64,000 bases of DNA from assembly GCF_055900595.2 (NCBI RefSeq), contig NZ_CM148325.1; one strand, 5' to 3'. Each line of letters starts with the position of its first letter. Within the stretch, counting starts at the first letter, position 1. Position numbers and translations under genes: made by a program. The notes beneath the pieces were generated by a model. The model did no database searches, was not told the origin of the DNA, and worked only from the letters and a program-made list of their open reading frames with translations. Below are positions 1-10,569 of this stretch, one piece after another.

Positions 1-24
1 GCGATGTTGACACGTCTTATTCTT

Positions 25-94
25 CAAAGTCGGATGCGACGCTGATGCGTCTTATCCGACCTACAGTTGGCATGCATCCGGCAATGTTGTAAGG
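25..94. repeat. REP (repetitive extragenic palindromic) element(s) downstream of ubiF
   Basis: Sequence cggatgcgacgctgatgcgtcttatccgacctac at 31..64, with a second gcatccggca-type half-unit after it, matches the enterobacterial REP/PU consensus; lies in an extragenic position. Confidence 0.6.
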
Positions 95-1270
95 CTACAA
101 CCCTAACGCATATTTCAGCGCCTGACGTTTCAACACGCCAGCTCGCTCCGCCGCCATTAACCCGAGATTACGCATAAAACGCAGTGGCGGCAGATTATTG
201 CTGAATCCGGCATAAAACAGATCCATACCGCTTTGCATAATGAAGTTATCCGCCATACGCCGCATCTGGTAACGCTTGAGGACAGGATAACTGGCCCACG
301 CTTCACCGTAGCTGCGGGCATTCACCAGAACGTCAATCAGCGCATCAACATCGCGATAACCAAGATTCACCCCCTGCCCCGCCAGCGGATGAATGGTGTG
401 CGCCGCATCGCCCACCAGCGCAAGCCCTGGTTGCACATACTGCAACGCATGGCGGCGCGTCAGCGGAAACGCACCAGCGGCGAGTGGCATCACGTACCCA
501 AGACGCGACGGGAAATGCTTCGCGATTTCCGCCTGGAGCTGCGCCATATTCATATTCTGCAACTGGCGAATACGCACCGGAGAGTCATACCACACCAGCG
601 ACGCCCAGTTATCAAACAGCGGCAGAAACGCGCGCGGCCCGTCCGGAGTAAACTGCTGCCAGGTGCTGTCGCCGGGATCATTCTCGCACTGTACGCTAAT
701 CAACATACACGACTGCGCATACTGCCAGGCATGAACGCCAATTCCCGCCATTTGCCGCACCTGCGAATTTGCACCGTCAGCGCCAATCACCAGCTTCGCC
801 TGGATCACTTCGCCCCCCTTCAGTTCCAGTTCCTGAAGATCATTATGGCGATGCAGAGCAATCAGTGAGCCTGGCACACGTAACGTTACTTTCGGATGCG
901 CTTCCAGCGCCTGCCACAGCGCCTGTTGCAGGACAGTGTTTTCCACCATATAGCCAAGCAACGGCAGCTTCAATTCGGCTGCATCAAACACCACATGCGC
1001 CGTTTCCCACTCCCACGTTTCCAGTCTGCGATAAGGATGGCAACGCATGGCCTGTACCGCGTCCCAGACGCCTAAATCTTTAAGCAATGATACCGAAGCC
1101 GCGCTGATCGCCGAGATCCGCACGTCAGGCTGGCTGTCAGCGACAAACGGTGCAGGTTCTGCGTGCTCGATTACCGTTACCGAAAATCCGTGCTGTGCCA
1201 GTCCCAGCGCCAGTGCGCCGCCGACCATTCCTCCGCCGACAATGGCAATTTCCGTTGGTTGATTTGTCAT
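95..1270 (-). CDS. ubiF: 2-octaprenyl-3-methyl-6-methoxy-1,4-benzoquinol hydroxylase (FAD-dependent monooxygenase)
   Basis: ORF-track 393 aa; N-terminus MTNQPTEIAIVGGGMVGG (FAD-binding GxGxxG) from the ATG at 1270; synteny next to miaB. Confidence 0.9.
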   Translation of the reverse strand: MTNQPTEIAIVGGGMVGGALALGLAQHGFSVTVIEHAEPAPFVADSQPDVRISAISAASVSLLKDLGVWDAVQAMRCHPYRRLETWEWETAHVVFDAAELKLPLLGYMVENTVLQQALWQALEAHPKVTLRVPGSLIALHRHNDLQELELKGGEVIQAKLVIGADGANSQVRQMAGIGVHAWQYAQSCMLISVQCENDPGDSTWQQFTPDGPRAFLPLFDNWASLVWYDSPVRIRQLQNMNMAQLQAEIAKHFPSRLGYVMPLAAGAFPLTRRHALQYVQPGLALVGDAAHTIHPLAGQGVNLGYRDVDALIDVLVNARSYGEAWASYPVLKRYQMRRMADNFIMQSGMDLFYAGFSNNLPPLRFMRNLGLMAAERAGVLKRQALKYALGL

Positions 1271-1415
1271 GGTCAATCATCCTGTTAGCAATATGCTTTA
1301 AGTTTACAGGATTTTTACCCCCAAGGGCTGATAACGCTCATACTGGTCACAACGGCAGCAAAGCATTACACTATGCGCCCTGCATTCCTGGCTACTATTT
1401 CGCAAGAGCAAGTCG

Positions 1416-2840
1416 ATGACCAAAAAACTCCATATTAAAACCTGGGGCTGTCAGATGAACGAGTACGATTCATCGAAGATGGCCGATCTGCTGGATGCCA
1501 CCCACGGCTATCAACTGACCGACGTGGCGGAAGAAGCGGATGTGCTGCTGCTGAACACCTGCTCAATCCGCGAGAAGGCTCAGGAAAAAGTCTTCCATCA
1601 GTTGGGTCGCTGGAAACTGTTAAAAGAGAAGAATCCAGACCTGATTATCGGCGTCGGCGGCTGCGTGGCATCGCAAGAAGGCGAGCACATTCGCCAGCGC
1701 GCCCACTATGTTGATATTATTTTTGGGCCGCAAACGCTGCACCGTCTGCCGGAGATGATCAACTCCGTACGCGGCGACCGCAGCCCGGTTGTAGATATCA
1801 GCTTCCCGGAAATCGAGAAGTTTGACCGTCTGCCGGAACCGCGTGCCGAAGGACCAACCGCGTTTGTCTCCATCATGGAAGGCTGCAATAAATATTGCAC
1901 CTACTGTGTGGTGCCTTACACCCGTGGTGAAGAGGTAAGCCGTCCTTCCGACGATATTCTGTTTGAGATTGCCCAGCTTGCGGCTCAGGGCGTGCGTGAA
2001 GTCAACCTGCTCGGTCAGAACGTGAACGCCTGGCGTGGTGAGAACTACGACGGCACCACCGGATCGTTTGCCGATCTGCTGCGTCTGGTTGCGGCGATCG
2101 ACGGGATCGATCGTATTCGCTTTACCACCAGCCATCCGATCGAATTCACCGACGATATCATCGAAGTGTATCGCGACACGCCGGAGCTGGTGAGCTTCCT
2201 GCATCTGCCGGTTCAGAGCGGTTCCGATCGCATTCTAAACCTGATGGGACGTACCCACACGGCGCTGGAGTACAAAGCGATCATCCGTAAATTGCGTGCG
2301 GCGCGTCCTGATATTCAGATCAGTTCTGACTTCATTGTCGGCTTCCCGGGTGAAACCACCGAAGACTTCGAAAAAACGATGAAGCTGATTGCCGACGTCA
2401 ATTTCGACATGAGCTACAGCTTTATCTTCTCCGCTCGTCCAGGAACGCCTGCCGCCGATATGGTTGATGATGTTCCGGAAGAAGAGAAGAAGCAGCGTCT
2501 GTATATTCTGCAAGAGCGCATTAATCAGCAAGCGATGGCATGGAGCCGCCGTATGCTCGGCACCACCCAGCGTATTCTGGTAGAAGGTACATCGCGTAAG
2601 AGCATCATGGAGCTTTCCGGTCGTACTGAAAATAACCGCGTGGTCAACTTCGAAGGTACGCCGGATATGATCGGTAAATTCGTCGATGTAGAAATTACCG
2701 ACGTCTACCCGAACTCTCTGCGCGGTAAAGTGGTGCGAACTGAAGATGAAATGGGTCTGCGCGTGGCAGAAACACCGGAATCGGTGATTGCCCGTACCCG
2801 CAAAGAAAATGACCTGGGCGTGGGTTATTATCAGCCGTAA
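1416..2840 (+). CDS. miaB: tRNA-i6A37 methylthiotransferase (radical SAM)
   Basis: 474 aa; radical-SAM motif CNKYCTYC; N-terminus [19 protein letters not shown]. Confidence 0.95.
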
Positions 2841-2845
2841 TTCTC

Positions 2846-2880
2846 AGGCCCGCCGTTCCGGTGGGCCTTGTTTTTTCTCT
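2846..2880 (+). terminator. Hairpin plus T-run after miaB (intrinsic terminator or attenuator before ybeZ)
   Basis: GC-rich inverted repeat aggcccgccgttccggtgggcct followed by tgttttttctct. Confidence 0.5.
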
Positions 2881-2992
2881 CTTTATCCCCATCTTTATCG
2901 CAATGCTTGCGCCTTTTTCCTGTGGCGTGAATAATTTCCTTATAGGCCGGTGAATGTTCAGCTTCCGGCGGCATACAGATAAGAGGAACGGT

Positions 2993-4033
2993 TTGAACAT
3001 AGACACTCGCGAAATCACTCTGGAGCCAGCAGACAACGCACGTCTGTTGAGCCTGTGCGGCCCGTTTGATGACAACATCAAACAACTCGAACGCCGTCTC
3101 GGCATCGAAATCAATCGCCGCGATAATCATTTTAAACTGACCGGCCGTCCGATTTGCGTCACCGCTGCGGCAGACATTCTGCGTAGCCTGTATGTCGATA
3201 CTGCCCCGATGCGCGGTCAGATTCAGGATATCGAGCCGGAACAGATCCACCTTGCGATTAAAGAAGCGCGCGTGCTGGAACAAAGTGCGGAGAGCGTGCC
3301 GGAGTATGGCAAAGCGGTCAATATCAAGACCAAACGCGGTGTAATTAAACCGCGCACGCCAAACCAGGCGCAGTACATCGCCAATATTCTCGACCATGAC
3401 ATTACCTTCGGCGTTGGCCCGGCGGGTACGGGTAAAACCTACCTGGCAGTGGCTGCGGCAGTTGATGCCCTGGAGCGTCAGGAAATTCGCCGTATTCTGC
3501 TGACTCGTCCGGCGGTAGAAGCCGGTGAGAAACTGGGCTTCCTGCCTGGCGATTTAAGCCAGAAAGTGGACCCGTATCTGCGCCCGCTGTATGACGCGCT
3601 GTTTGAAATGTTGGGCTTTGAGAAAGTCGAGAAGCTGATTGAGCGCAACGTTATTGAAGTCGCACCACTGGCCTATATGCGTGGTCGTACGTTGAACGAC
3701 GCGTTTATCATTCTTGATGAGAGCCAGAACACCACCATCGAACAGATGAAGATGTTCCTGACTCGTATCGGTTTTAACTCAAAAGCGGTTATTACCGGCG
3801 ATGTCACGCAGATCGACTTACCGCGTAATACTAAATCAGGTTTACGTCACGCTATCGAAGTGTTAGCCGATGTCGAAGAGATCAGCTTTAACTTCTTCCA
3901 CAGCGAAGACGTGGTTCGTCACCCGGTGGTAGCGCGTATCGTTAACGCTTATGAAGCCTGGGAAGAAGCCGAACAAAAACGAAAAGCGGCGCTGGCAGCA
4001 GAACGCAAGCGCGAAGAACAGGAACAAAAATGA
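2993..4033 (+). CDS. ybeZ: PhoH-like ATPase
   Basis: Walker [12 protein letters not shown] at 2993 is preceded by aagagga (SD) and gives 346 aa, which is the length I recall; the in-frame ATG at 2954 (359 aa) lacks an SD. Confidence 0.85.
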
Positions 4034-4497
4034 GTCAGGTGATCCTCGATTTACAACTGGCATGTGAAGATAATTCCGGGTTACCGGAAGAGAGCCAGTT
4101 TCAGACATGGCTGAATGCGGTGATCCCGCAGTTTCAGGAAGAATCGGAAGTGACTATTCGCGTGGTCGATACCGCCGAAAGCCACAGTCTCAATCTGACC
4201 TATCGCGGTAAGGATAAGCCGACCAACGTGCTCTCCTTCCCGTTTGAAGTACCGCCTGGCATGGAGATGTCGCTGCTGGGCGATCTGGTTATCTGCCGTC
4301 AGGTGGTTGAGAAGGAAGCACAGGAGCAAGGCAAACCACTGGAAGCGCACTGGGCGCATATGGTGGTGCACGGCAGTCTGCATTTGTTAGGTTACGATCA
4401 CATCGAAGACGACGAAGCAGAAGAAATGGAAGCCCTCGAAACAGAGATTATGCTTGCTCTGGGCTATGAGGATCCGTACATTGCCGAGAAAGAATAA
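4030..4497 (+). CDS. ybeY: Endoribonuclease YbeY (16S rRNA 3'-end maturation factor)
   Basis: 155 aa; metal-binding motif [11 protein letters not shown]; start overlaps the ybeZ stop (ATGA). Confidence 0.95.
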
Positions 4498-4586
4498 TTT
4501 GCCAGGCATTTGACTGGCAGACGTCCCCGCCGTTGGTGATTAACGACGGCGTTTTGATTAACTAACATGAGAACCCATACGACGCC

Positions 4587-5465
4587 ATGAGCGACGACAA
4601 TTCACACAGTAGTGACACGATAAGCAACAAGAAGGGATTTTTCTCCCTGTTACTCAGCCAACTTTTCCACGGTGAACCGAAAAACCGTGACGAACTGCTG
4701 GCGCTGATCCGTGATTCCGGGCAGAACGACCTTATCGACGAAGATACGCGCGATATGCTCGAAGGGGTGATGGACATCGCAGACCAACGCGTTCGCGACA
4801 TCATGATCCCCCGCTCCCAGATGATTACCCTGAAACGCAACCAGACGCTGGACGAATGCCTTGATGTCATCATCGAGTCCGCCCACTCACGTTTCCCGGT
4901 GATTAGCGAAGACAAAGATCACATTGAAGGGATTCTGATGGCGAAAGACTTGCTGCCGTTTATGCGCAGCGATGCTGAAGCCTTCAGCATGGACAAAGTG
5001 TTACGTCAGGCGGTTGTCGTTCCTGAAAGTAAGCGCGTAGACCGGATGCTGAAAGAGTTTCGCTCTCAGCGTTACCACATGGCGATCGTCATTGACGAAT
5101 TCGGTGGGGTTTCCGGTCTGGTGACCATTGAAGATATCCTGGAGCTGATTGTTGGTGAGATTGAAGACGAGTATGACGAAGAAGATGATATCGACTTCCG
5201 TCAGCTGAGTCGTCATACCTGGACCGTGCGCGCACTGGCTTCCATCGAAGATTTCAACGAAGCCTTCGGCACCCACTTTAGCGATGAAGAAGTCGACACC
5301 ATCGGAGGTCTGGTGATGCAGGCATTTGGGCATCTCCCGGCGCGTGGCGAAACCATCGACATCGACGGTTACCAGTTCAAAGTGGCGATGGCTGACAGTC
5401 GGCGTATTATTCAGGTTCATGTCAAAATCCCGGATGACTCACCCCAGCCAAAGCTGGATGAATAA
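4587..5465 (+). CDS. corC: CBS-domain Mg/Co efflux-associated protein CorC
   Basis: 292 aa; CBS pair plus CorC/HlyC C-terminal domain; synteny ybeZ-ybeY-corC-lnt. Confidence 0.9.
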   Translation: MSDDNSHSSDTISNKKGFFSLLLSQLFHGEPKNRDELLALIRDSGQNDLIDEDTRDMLEGVMDIADQRVRDIMIPRSQMITLKRNQTLDECLDVIIESAHSRFPVISEDKDHIEGILMAKDLLPFMRSDAEAFSMDKVLRQAVVVPESKRVDRMLKEFRSQRYHMAIVIDEFGGVSGLVTIEDILELIVGEIEDEYDEEDDIDFRQLSRHTWTVRALASIEDFNEAFGTHFSDEEVDTIGGLVMQAFGHLPARGETIDIDGYQFKVAMADSRRIIQVHVKIPDDSPQPKLDE

Positions 5466-5489
5466 AACCGAAACTGGATAGATAACTAC

Positions 5490-7028
5490 ATGGCTTTTGC
5501 CTCATTAATTGAACGCCAGCGCATTCGCCTGCTGCTGGCGTTATTATTCGGTGCCTGCGGAACGCTGGCCTTCTCTCCTTACGACGTCTGGCCTGCGGCG
5601 ATTATTTCGCTGATGGGGCTTCAGGCGCTGACCTTTAACCGCCGTCCACTCCAGTCTGCCGCTATTGGCTTTTGCTGGGGATTTGGCCTGTTTGGCAGCG
5701 GTATTAACTGGGTCTATGTCAGCATCGCGACCTTTGGCGGAATGCCTGGCCCAGTTAACATCTTCCTGGTGGTGCTGCTGGCAGCGTATTTGTCGCTGTA
5801 TACCGGACTGTTTGCTGGCGTGCTGTCGCGTCTGTGGCCGAAAACCACCTGGCTACGCGTGGCGATTGCCGCCCCTGCTCTCTGGCAAGTGACCGAGTTT
5901 CTGCGCGGTTGGGTGCTGACTGGCTTCCCGTGGTTGCAGTTCGGCTATAGCCAGATTGACGGTCCGTTAAAAGGACTGGCACCGATAATGGGCGTGGAAG
6001 CCATTAACTTCCTGCTGATGATGGTAAGCGGCCTGCTGGCACTGGCGTTGGTCAAACGCAACTGGCGTCCGCTGGTGGTGGCCGTCGTGCTGTTTGCCCT
6101 TCCCTTCCCGCTACGTTACATCCAGTGGTTTACCCCGCAACCGGAGAAAACCATTCAGGTATCGATGGTTCAGGGCGACATTCCGCAATCGCTGAAGTGG
6201 GATGAAGGCCAGCTTCTCAATACGCTGAAGATTTACTACAACGCAACGGCACCGCTGATGGGCAAGTCATCGCTGATTATCTGGCCGGAGTCGGCGATAA
6301 CCGACCTGGAAATTAATCAGCAGCCGTTCCTCAAAGCACTGGACGGTGAGTTGCGTGATAAAGGTAGCTCGCTGGTCACCGGGATTGTCGACGCGCGTCT
6401 CAATAAGCAGAACCGCTACGATACCTACAACACCATCATCACGCTGGGTAAAGGTGCACCGTATAGCTACGAATCAGCCGATCGCTATAACAAAAACCAT
6501 CTGGTGCCGTTTGGCGAGTTTGTCCCGCTGGAGTCGATTCTGCGTCCGTTAGCACCGTTCTTTGACCTGCCGATGTCGTCATTCAGCCGTGGACCATATA
6601 TCCAACCACCGCTGTCGGTAAATGGTATTGAGCTTACTGCGGCTATTTGCTACGAGATCATTCTCGGCGAGCAAGTGCGCGATAACTTCCGCCCGGATAC
6701 CGACTATCTGCTGACTATCTCCAACGATGCGTGGTTTGGTAAGTCTATTGGCCCATGGCAGCACTTTCAGATGGCGCGAATGCGTGCGCTGGAGCTGGCG
6801 CGCCCGCTGCTGCGTAGCACCAATAATGGCATCACGGCGGTGATTGGTCCGCAGGGTGAGATTCAGGCGATGATCCCGCAATTCACCCGCGAGGTGTTGA
6901 CCACTAATGTGACGCCGACTACCGGACTCACACCGTACGCACGTACCGGCAACTGGCCGCTGTGGGTGCTGACGGCACTGTTTGGTTTTGCCGCTGTGCT
7001 GATGAGACTGCGAGCACGTCAACGTTAA
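5490..7028 (+). CDS. lnt: Apolipoprotein N-acyltransferase
   Basis: 512 aa; multi-TM N-terminus followed by a carbon-nitrogen hydrolase domain; synteny. Confidence 0.95.
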   Translation: MAFASLIERQRIRLLLALLFGACGTLAFSPYDVWPAAIISLMGLQALTFNRRPLQSAAIGFCWGFGLFGSGINWVYVSIATFGGMPGPVNIFLVVLLAAYLSLYTGLFAGVLSRLWPKTTWLRVAIAAPALWQVTEFLRGWVLTGFPWLQFGYSQIDGPLKGLAPIMGVEAINFLLMMVSGLLALALVKRNWRPLVVAVVLFALPFPLRYIQWFTPQPEKTIQVSMVQGDIPQSLKWDEGQLLNTLKIYYNATAPLMGKSSLIIWPESAITDLEINQQPFLKALDGELRDKGSSLVTGIVDARLNKQNRYDTYNTIITLGKGAPYSYESADRYNKNHLVPFGEFVPLESILRPLAPFFDLPMSSFSRGPYIQPPLSVNGIELTAAICYEIILGEQVRDNFRPDTDYLLTISNDAWFGKSIGPWQHFQMARMRALELARPLLRSTNNGITAVIGPQGEIQAMIPQFTREVLTTNVTPTTGLTPYARTGNWPLWVLTALFGFAAVLMRLRARQR

Positions 7029-7032
7029 TGTG

Positions 7033-7067
7033 AATGATGCACTGGCCAGCAAAATCGCATCATTTTT
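7033..7067 (+). terminator. Candidate intrinsic terminator after lnt
   Basis: 8-bp perfect stem aatgatgc / gcatcatt with a 16-nt loop, followed by ttt. Confidence 0.4.
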
Positions 7068-7132
7068 GCAGGCCAGATAAACTGTTCACACCACATCCGG
7101 TATCAACAAAACGTACTTTCTCATTGAGCTGT

Positions 7133-7160
7133 GGGGCGTGATTATCATGCCCCTTTTTTT
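7133..7160 (+). terminator. Hairpin plus T7 run abutting the stop of the convergent rhomboid-propeller ORF
   Basis: ggggcgtgat / atcatgcccc imperfect stem followed by ttttttt; the T-run overlaps the TAA stop (reverse strand) of ORF 7159..9096. Confidence 0.45.
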
Positions 7161-9096
7161 ACGGTTCAGGGATACAAGCCACATCGCCATATTGGGGATG
7201 CCGAATAATTGCCTGCGGATCAAGCGAGCGCGTCCTGTCCATTTGGATTAACCCGTTCTTCGCCATAACAAATATCTTTCTACCATCCGCTGAAAAACGA
7301 AGATGATTAACGTAGCTGGCAGGATAAACGCCAATAATCTGCCCGGCATTAATATTGAGCAGGATGACATAACCTTGCAGGCCATATGACACCAACGCTA
7401 AATACTGACCGTCCGGGCTAATACCCTCAACAGAATAAACGCTCCTGCTACACCATTGCGTCATAATGCTGGCTTGTTGATCCCCTGTGCTTATACCTGA
7501 AATCCCCTGACTATCGGCAAAAATAACCTCACCATTTTTTGGTCGGAATCCCATCGCAGAAACGACACCACGCGCATCACCTGCGGGAAAATCTTCTTTC
7601 TGATGCGTGATGGTATTGATCCGCACGATGTTACCTCTGCCTGCTCCCGGAACCAGTAATGTTTTTTCATCCGGGGAAAGTGCCATAACCCAGGCGCCTG
7701 GTTTACCGCTCGTCCCCGTCCCGTCGTATTTCTCCAGTGGGATATCCGCCACATGCTGATAAGTCACCAGATCAATCGCTGACACACTATTACTGGTGCG
7801 ATTCATCACCCAGGCTTTTGTGCCATCACGCGAGAGGATAAGGCTGTCAGGATGGGCGCCGGTGGTAATCGACTGAATAATCTCCCCCGTCGCCACGTTA
7901 ATGACCGATACTGCATTCGCTTCAAATGAAGTCGCATACAGCAACTTTTCATCGGGGCTTAACACCAGCGATCTGACGCCCTGATCTTTACAGCCACCAC
8001 AATGTTTGACTGACTTTTCTTTCGCTATGGGCGCTGTAAAGGTATGCAGGATTTTCTTTTGTCCGAGGTCGAAAACAACAATACTGTTCGTGTTTTCAAT
8101 TGCGGCATAAAACGTATTACCATCCCGACTGATCGCCATATCATGGATATCGGCAATCTCAGCGAGCAAATCACCACTGGCCTGTTCACGACTTACCGGA
8201 GCGGGTAATGTTTCCCTGAGGGCGTTGCGTTCCTCCGCTAACTGCTGCTTTTTATGCCGTCGCTCTTGTTCAATCTCCTGCGGATAAAACTCTTCACGCA
8301 GGCTTTGCCTGACCTGCAAAACTGATTCATCAATCTGCTGCTGCACAAGCCAGATAGCCCCGGTCAGTAGAAGACTACCCGCAACAATAATCCCGCCTTC
8401 CGTAACAAGTCGGTTTTGCCCAGATAAACGCGCACTCAGCCAACCCAACGCGCCCCCCGCAATCAGGCCGCCAATGTGGCAAGCGTTATCTATTCCTGTT
8501 TGCCGGGTACCATACAACAGTGTCAGCGCCACCATACCCAACAGAGAAAATACTCGCCGCTGGTTTTTATGGTGTGTACCCGCACCTGAAGAAAGCTGTG
8601 TTGCTATCGCAGCGCCAGCTATTCCCATAATTGCCCCGGATGCCCCAACGCTGATGACTATCTGCTCACTTTCGCGTAACGCATAACAGGCGCTGATGAG
8701 CCCACCAAAGATGCCGGAGAATAACCAGATAATCAGGAGTCGCCATTTCCCCAGTATCCGTTCCGCCACTGTCCCCACCACCAGGAGTGCAAACATATTC
8801 ATCAGCAAATGGGAAAAACTACTGTGCAGAAAAACACTGCTCAATAAGCGCCAGGGTTCACCCGACAACGTGAGAGAGGCAACGTTAGCGCCGAGATGGA
8901 TGAGTGCGGATTGATCGACTTCTTCATAACTCATCCATTGTGCGAGGTAACAAAATATCCCAACACATAGCGCAAAAAGGATCAGGGTTATTGCGGGTAA
9001 TTGAACATTTAACGGCTTAACCGAAGATGCAGACATAAGGTGATTCTTCCTTGAAAAGACAGGTAAAAAAGCATTTTTCCCGTGTGCAGTTATCAT
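7159..9096 (-). CDS. Rhomboid-family intramembrane serine protease fused to a C-terminal beta-propeller-like domain (YVTN/lactonase-type repeats); uncharacterised
   Basis: 645-aa ORF. Rhomboid signatures seen directly: WRLLSSVFLHSSFSHLLMNM, catalytic-Ser motif GASGAIMG, catalytic-His motif HIGGLIAGG, about 7 hydrophobic segments. C-terminal ~330 aa carry repeated S(P/R)DG...hydrophobic-strand units (SRDGNTFYAA, SPDEKLLYAT, SRDGTKAWVM, SPDEKTLLVP, SPDGQYLALV, SADGRKIFVM). Alternative start at the ATG at 9036 (625 aa) has a better SD (aggaag). Confidence 0.8.
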   Translation of the reverse strand: MITAHGKNAFLPVFSRKNHLMSASSVKPLNVQLPAITLILFALCVGIFCYLAQWMSYEEVDQSALIHLGANVASLTLSGEPWRLLSSVFLHSSFSHLLMNMFALLVVGTVAERILGKWRLLIIWLFSGIFGGLISACYALRESEQIVISVGASGAIMGIAGAAIATQLSSGAGTHHKNQRRVFSLLGMVALTLLYGTRQTGIDNACHIGGLIAGGALGWLSARLSGQNRLVTEGGIIVAGSLLLTGAIWLVQQQIDESVLQVRQSLREEFYPQEIEQERRHKKQQLAEERNALRETLPAPVSREQASGDLLAEIADIHDMAISRDGNTFYAAIENTNSIVVFDLGQKKILHTFTAPIAKEKSVKHCGGCKDQGVRSLVLSPDEKLLYATSFEANAVSVINVATGEIIQSITTGAHPDSLILSRDGTKAWVMNRTSNSVSAIDLVTYQHVADIPLEKYDGTGTSGKPGAWVMALSPDEKTLLVPGAGRGNIVRINTITHQKEDFPAGDARGVVSAMGFRPKNGEVIFADSQGISGISTGDQQASIMTQWCSRSVYSVEGISPDGQYLALVSYGLQGYVILLNINAGQIIGVYPASYVNHLRFSADGRKIFVMAKNGLIQMDRTRSLDPQAIIRHPQYGDVACIPEP

Positions 9097-9390
9097 CCCG
9101 GCAAACGTCCCATACCGAAAAGTTAACTCTGTCCGAAATATGACTTTTTCAGCCTGAAATTACAATCGTAATTAATTCATCCCTAAGTATTTTTTGGCAT
9201 GTAAGTTGCTTTATTTACTGTGTAAGCAATGAAATCAGCCGCAACGCAACCGGGTTGCACCAACACAAATCAGCGGTAGCACCAAAAAGGTGCGGTTTAA
9301 GAATTTTGCTTCGGAATGGTGCGGCGCATCTCGCAAAAACAAACAATAAAACATCAATATCTTTACATTTAGCCAAACTAAATGTTACCT

Positions 9391-9448
9391 AACAAACACA
9401 ACACTGCACAATAAAGTTGCAGATGATAACAACACAAACACTCACAAC
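9391..9448 (+). promoter_or_regulatory. C/A-rich elements in the gltI 5' leader (candidate GcvB sRNA target site)
   Basis: aacaaacacaacactgcacaa (9391..9411) and aacaacacaaacactcacaac (9428..9448), 44-100 nt upstream of the gltI ATG; gltI is a known GcvB target through a C/A-rich leader element in Salmonella/E. coli. Confidence 0.5.
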
Positions 9449-9491
9449 GGGTATCCATGCGTTCTTAACGCAGAAGATAAAGGAGTTGGAT

Positions 9492-10400
9492 ATGCAATTA
9501 CGTAAACCTGCCACAGCAATCCTGGCCCTGGCGCTTTCCGCAGGACTGGCACAGGCAGATGACGCCGCCCCGGCAGCGGGCAGTACGCTGGACAAAATCG
9601 CCAAAAACGGTGTGATTGTCGTCGGTCACCGTGAATCTTCAGTACCTTTCTCTTATTACGACAATCAGCAAAAAGTGGTGGGTTACTCGCAGGATTACTC
9701 CAACGCCATTGTTGAAGCAGTGAAAAAGAAACTCAACAAACCGGACTTGCAGGTGAAACTGATTCCGATCACCTCACAAAACCGTATTCCTCTGCTGCAA
9801 AACGGCACTTTCGATTTTGAATGTGGTTCTACCACCAACAACGTCGAACGCCAAAAACAGGCGGCTTTCTCTGACACTATTTTCGTGGTCGGTACGCGCC
9901 TGCTGACCAAAAAGGGCGGCGATATCAAAGATTTTGCCGACCTGAAAGGCAAAGCCGTAGTCGTTACTTCCGGCACTACCTCTGAAGTTTTGCTCAACAA
10001 ACTGAATGAAGAGCAAAAAATGAATATGCGCATCATCAGCGCCAAAGATCACGGTGACTCTTTCCGCACCCTGGAAAGCGGTCGTGCCGTTGCCTTTATG
10101 ATGGATGACGCTCTGTTAGCCGGTGAGCGAGCGAAAGCGAAGAAACCAGACAACTGGGAAATCGTCGGCAAGCCGCAGTCTCAGGAAGCCTACGGTTGCA
10201 TGTTGCGTAAAGACGATCCGCAGTTCAAAAAGCTGATGGATGACACTATCGCTCAGGTGCAGACCTCCGGTGAAGCGGAAAAATGGTTTGATAAGTGGTT
10301 CAAAAATCCAATTCCGCCGAAAAACCTGAACATGAATTTCGAACTGTCGGACGAAATGAAAGCACTGTTCAAAGAACCGAATGACAAGGCACTGAACTAA
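9492..10400 (+). CDS. gltI: Glutamate/aspartate ABC transporter periplasmic binding protein
   Basis: 302 aa from the ATG at 9492 (SD aggag at 9481..9485); signal peptide MQLRKPATAILALALSAGLAQA; the ORF-track start at 9417 is an upstream in-frame extension. Confidence 0.9.
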   Translation: MQLRKPATAILALALSAGLAQADDAAPAAGSTLDKIAKNGVIVVGHRESSVPFSYYDNQQKVVGYSQDYSNAIVEAVKKKLNKPDLQVKLIPITSQNRIPLLQNGTFDFECGSTTNNVERQKQAAFSDTIFVVGTRLLTKKGGDIKDFADLKGKAVVVTSGTTSEVLLNKLNEEQKMNMRIISAKDHGDSFRTLESGRAVAFMMDDALLAGERAKAKKPDNWEIVGKPQSQEAYGCMLRKDDPQFKKLMDDTIAQVQTSGEAEKWFDKWFKNPIPPKNLNMNFELSDEMKALFKEPNDKALN

Positions 10401-10556
10401 TTACAAGAACCAGGGGCGGAAATTCCAGCCCTCTCGATTGTTACGTAGCACGGACAGACTATACGCCTGATGGTCGTTCCCCATCGGGCCTGAAAACCGC
10501 AATACGCTGGGTAACAATCTTCGAGGGTAGCAGTTAACGCTGCTACCCTCTTTTTT
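10401..10556 (+). ncRNA. sroC: SroC-like sRNA processed from the gltI-gltJ intergenic region
   Basis: Intergenic segment immediately 3' of gltI ending in a strong Rho-independent terminator (gagggtagcagttaacgctgctaccctc + tttttt at 10523..10556); position matches the known origin of SroC in the gltIJKL mRNA. The 5' end is not determinable from sequence. Confidence 0.5.
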
Positions 10557-10569
10557 CTGGAGTAGATTT

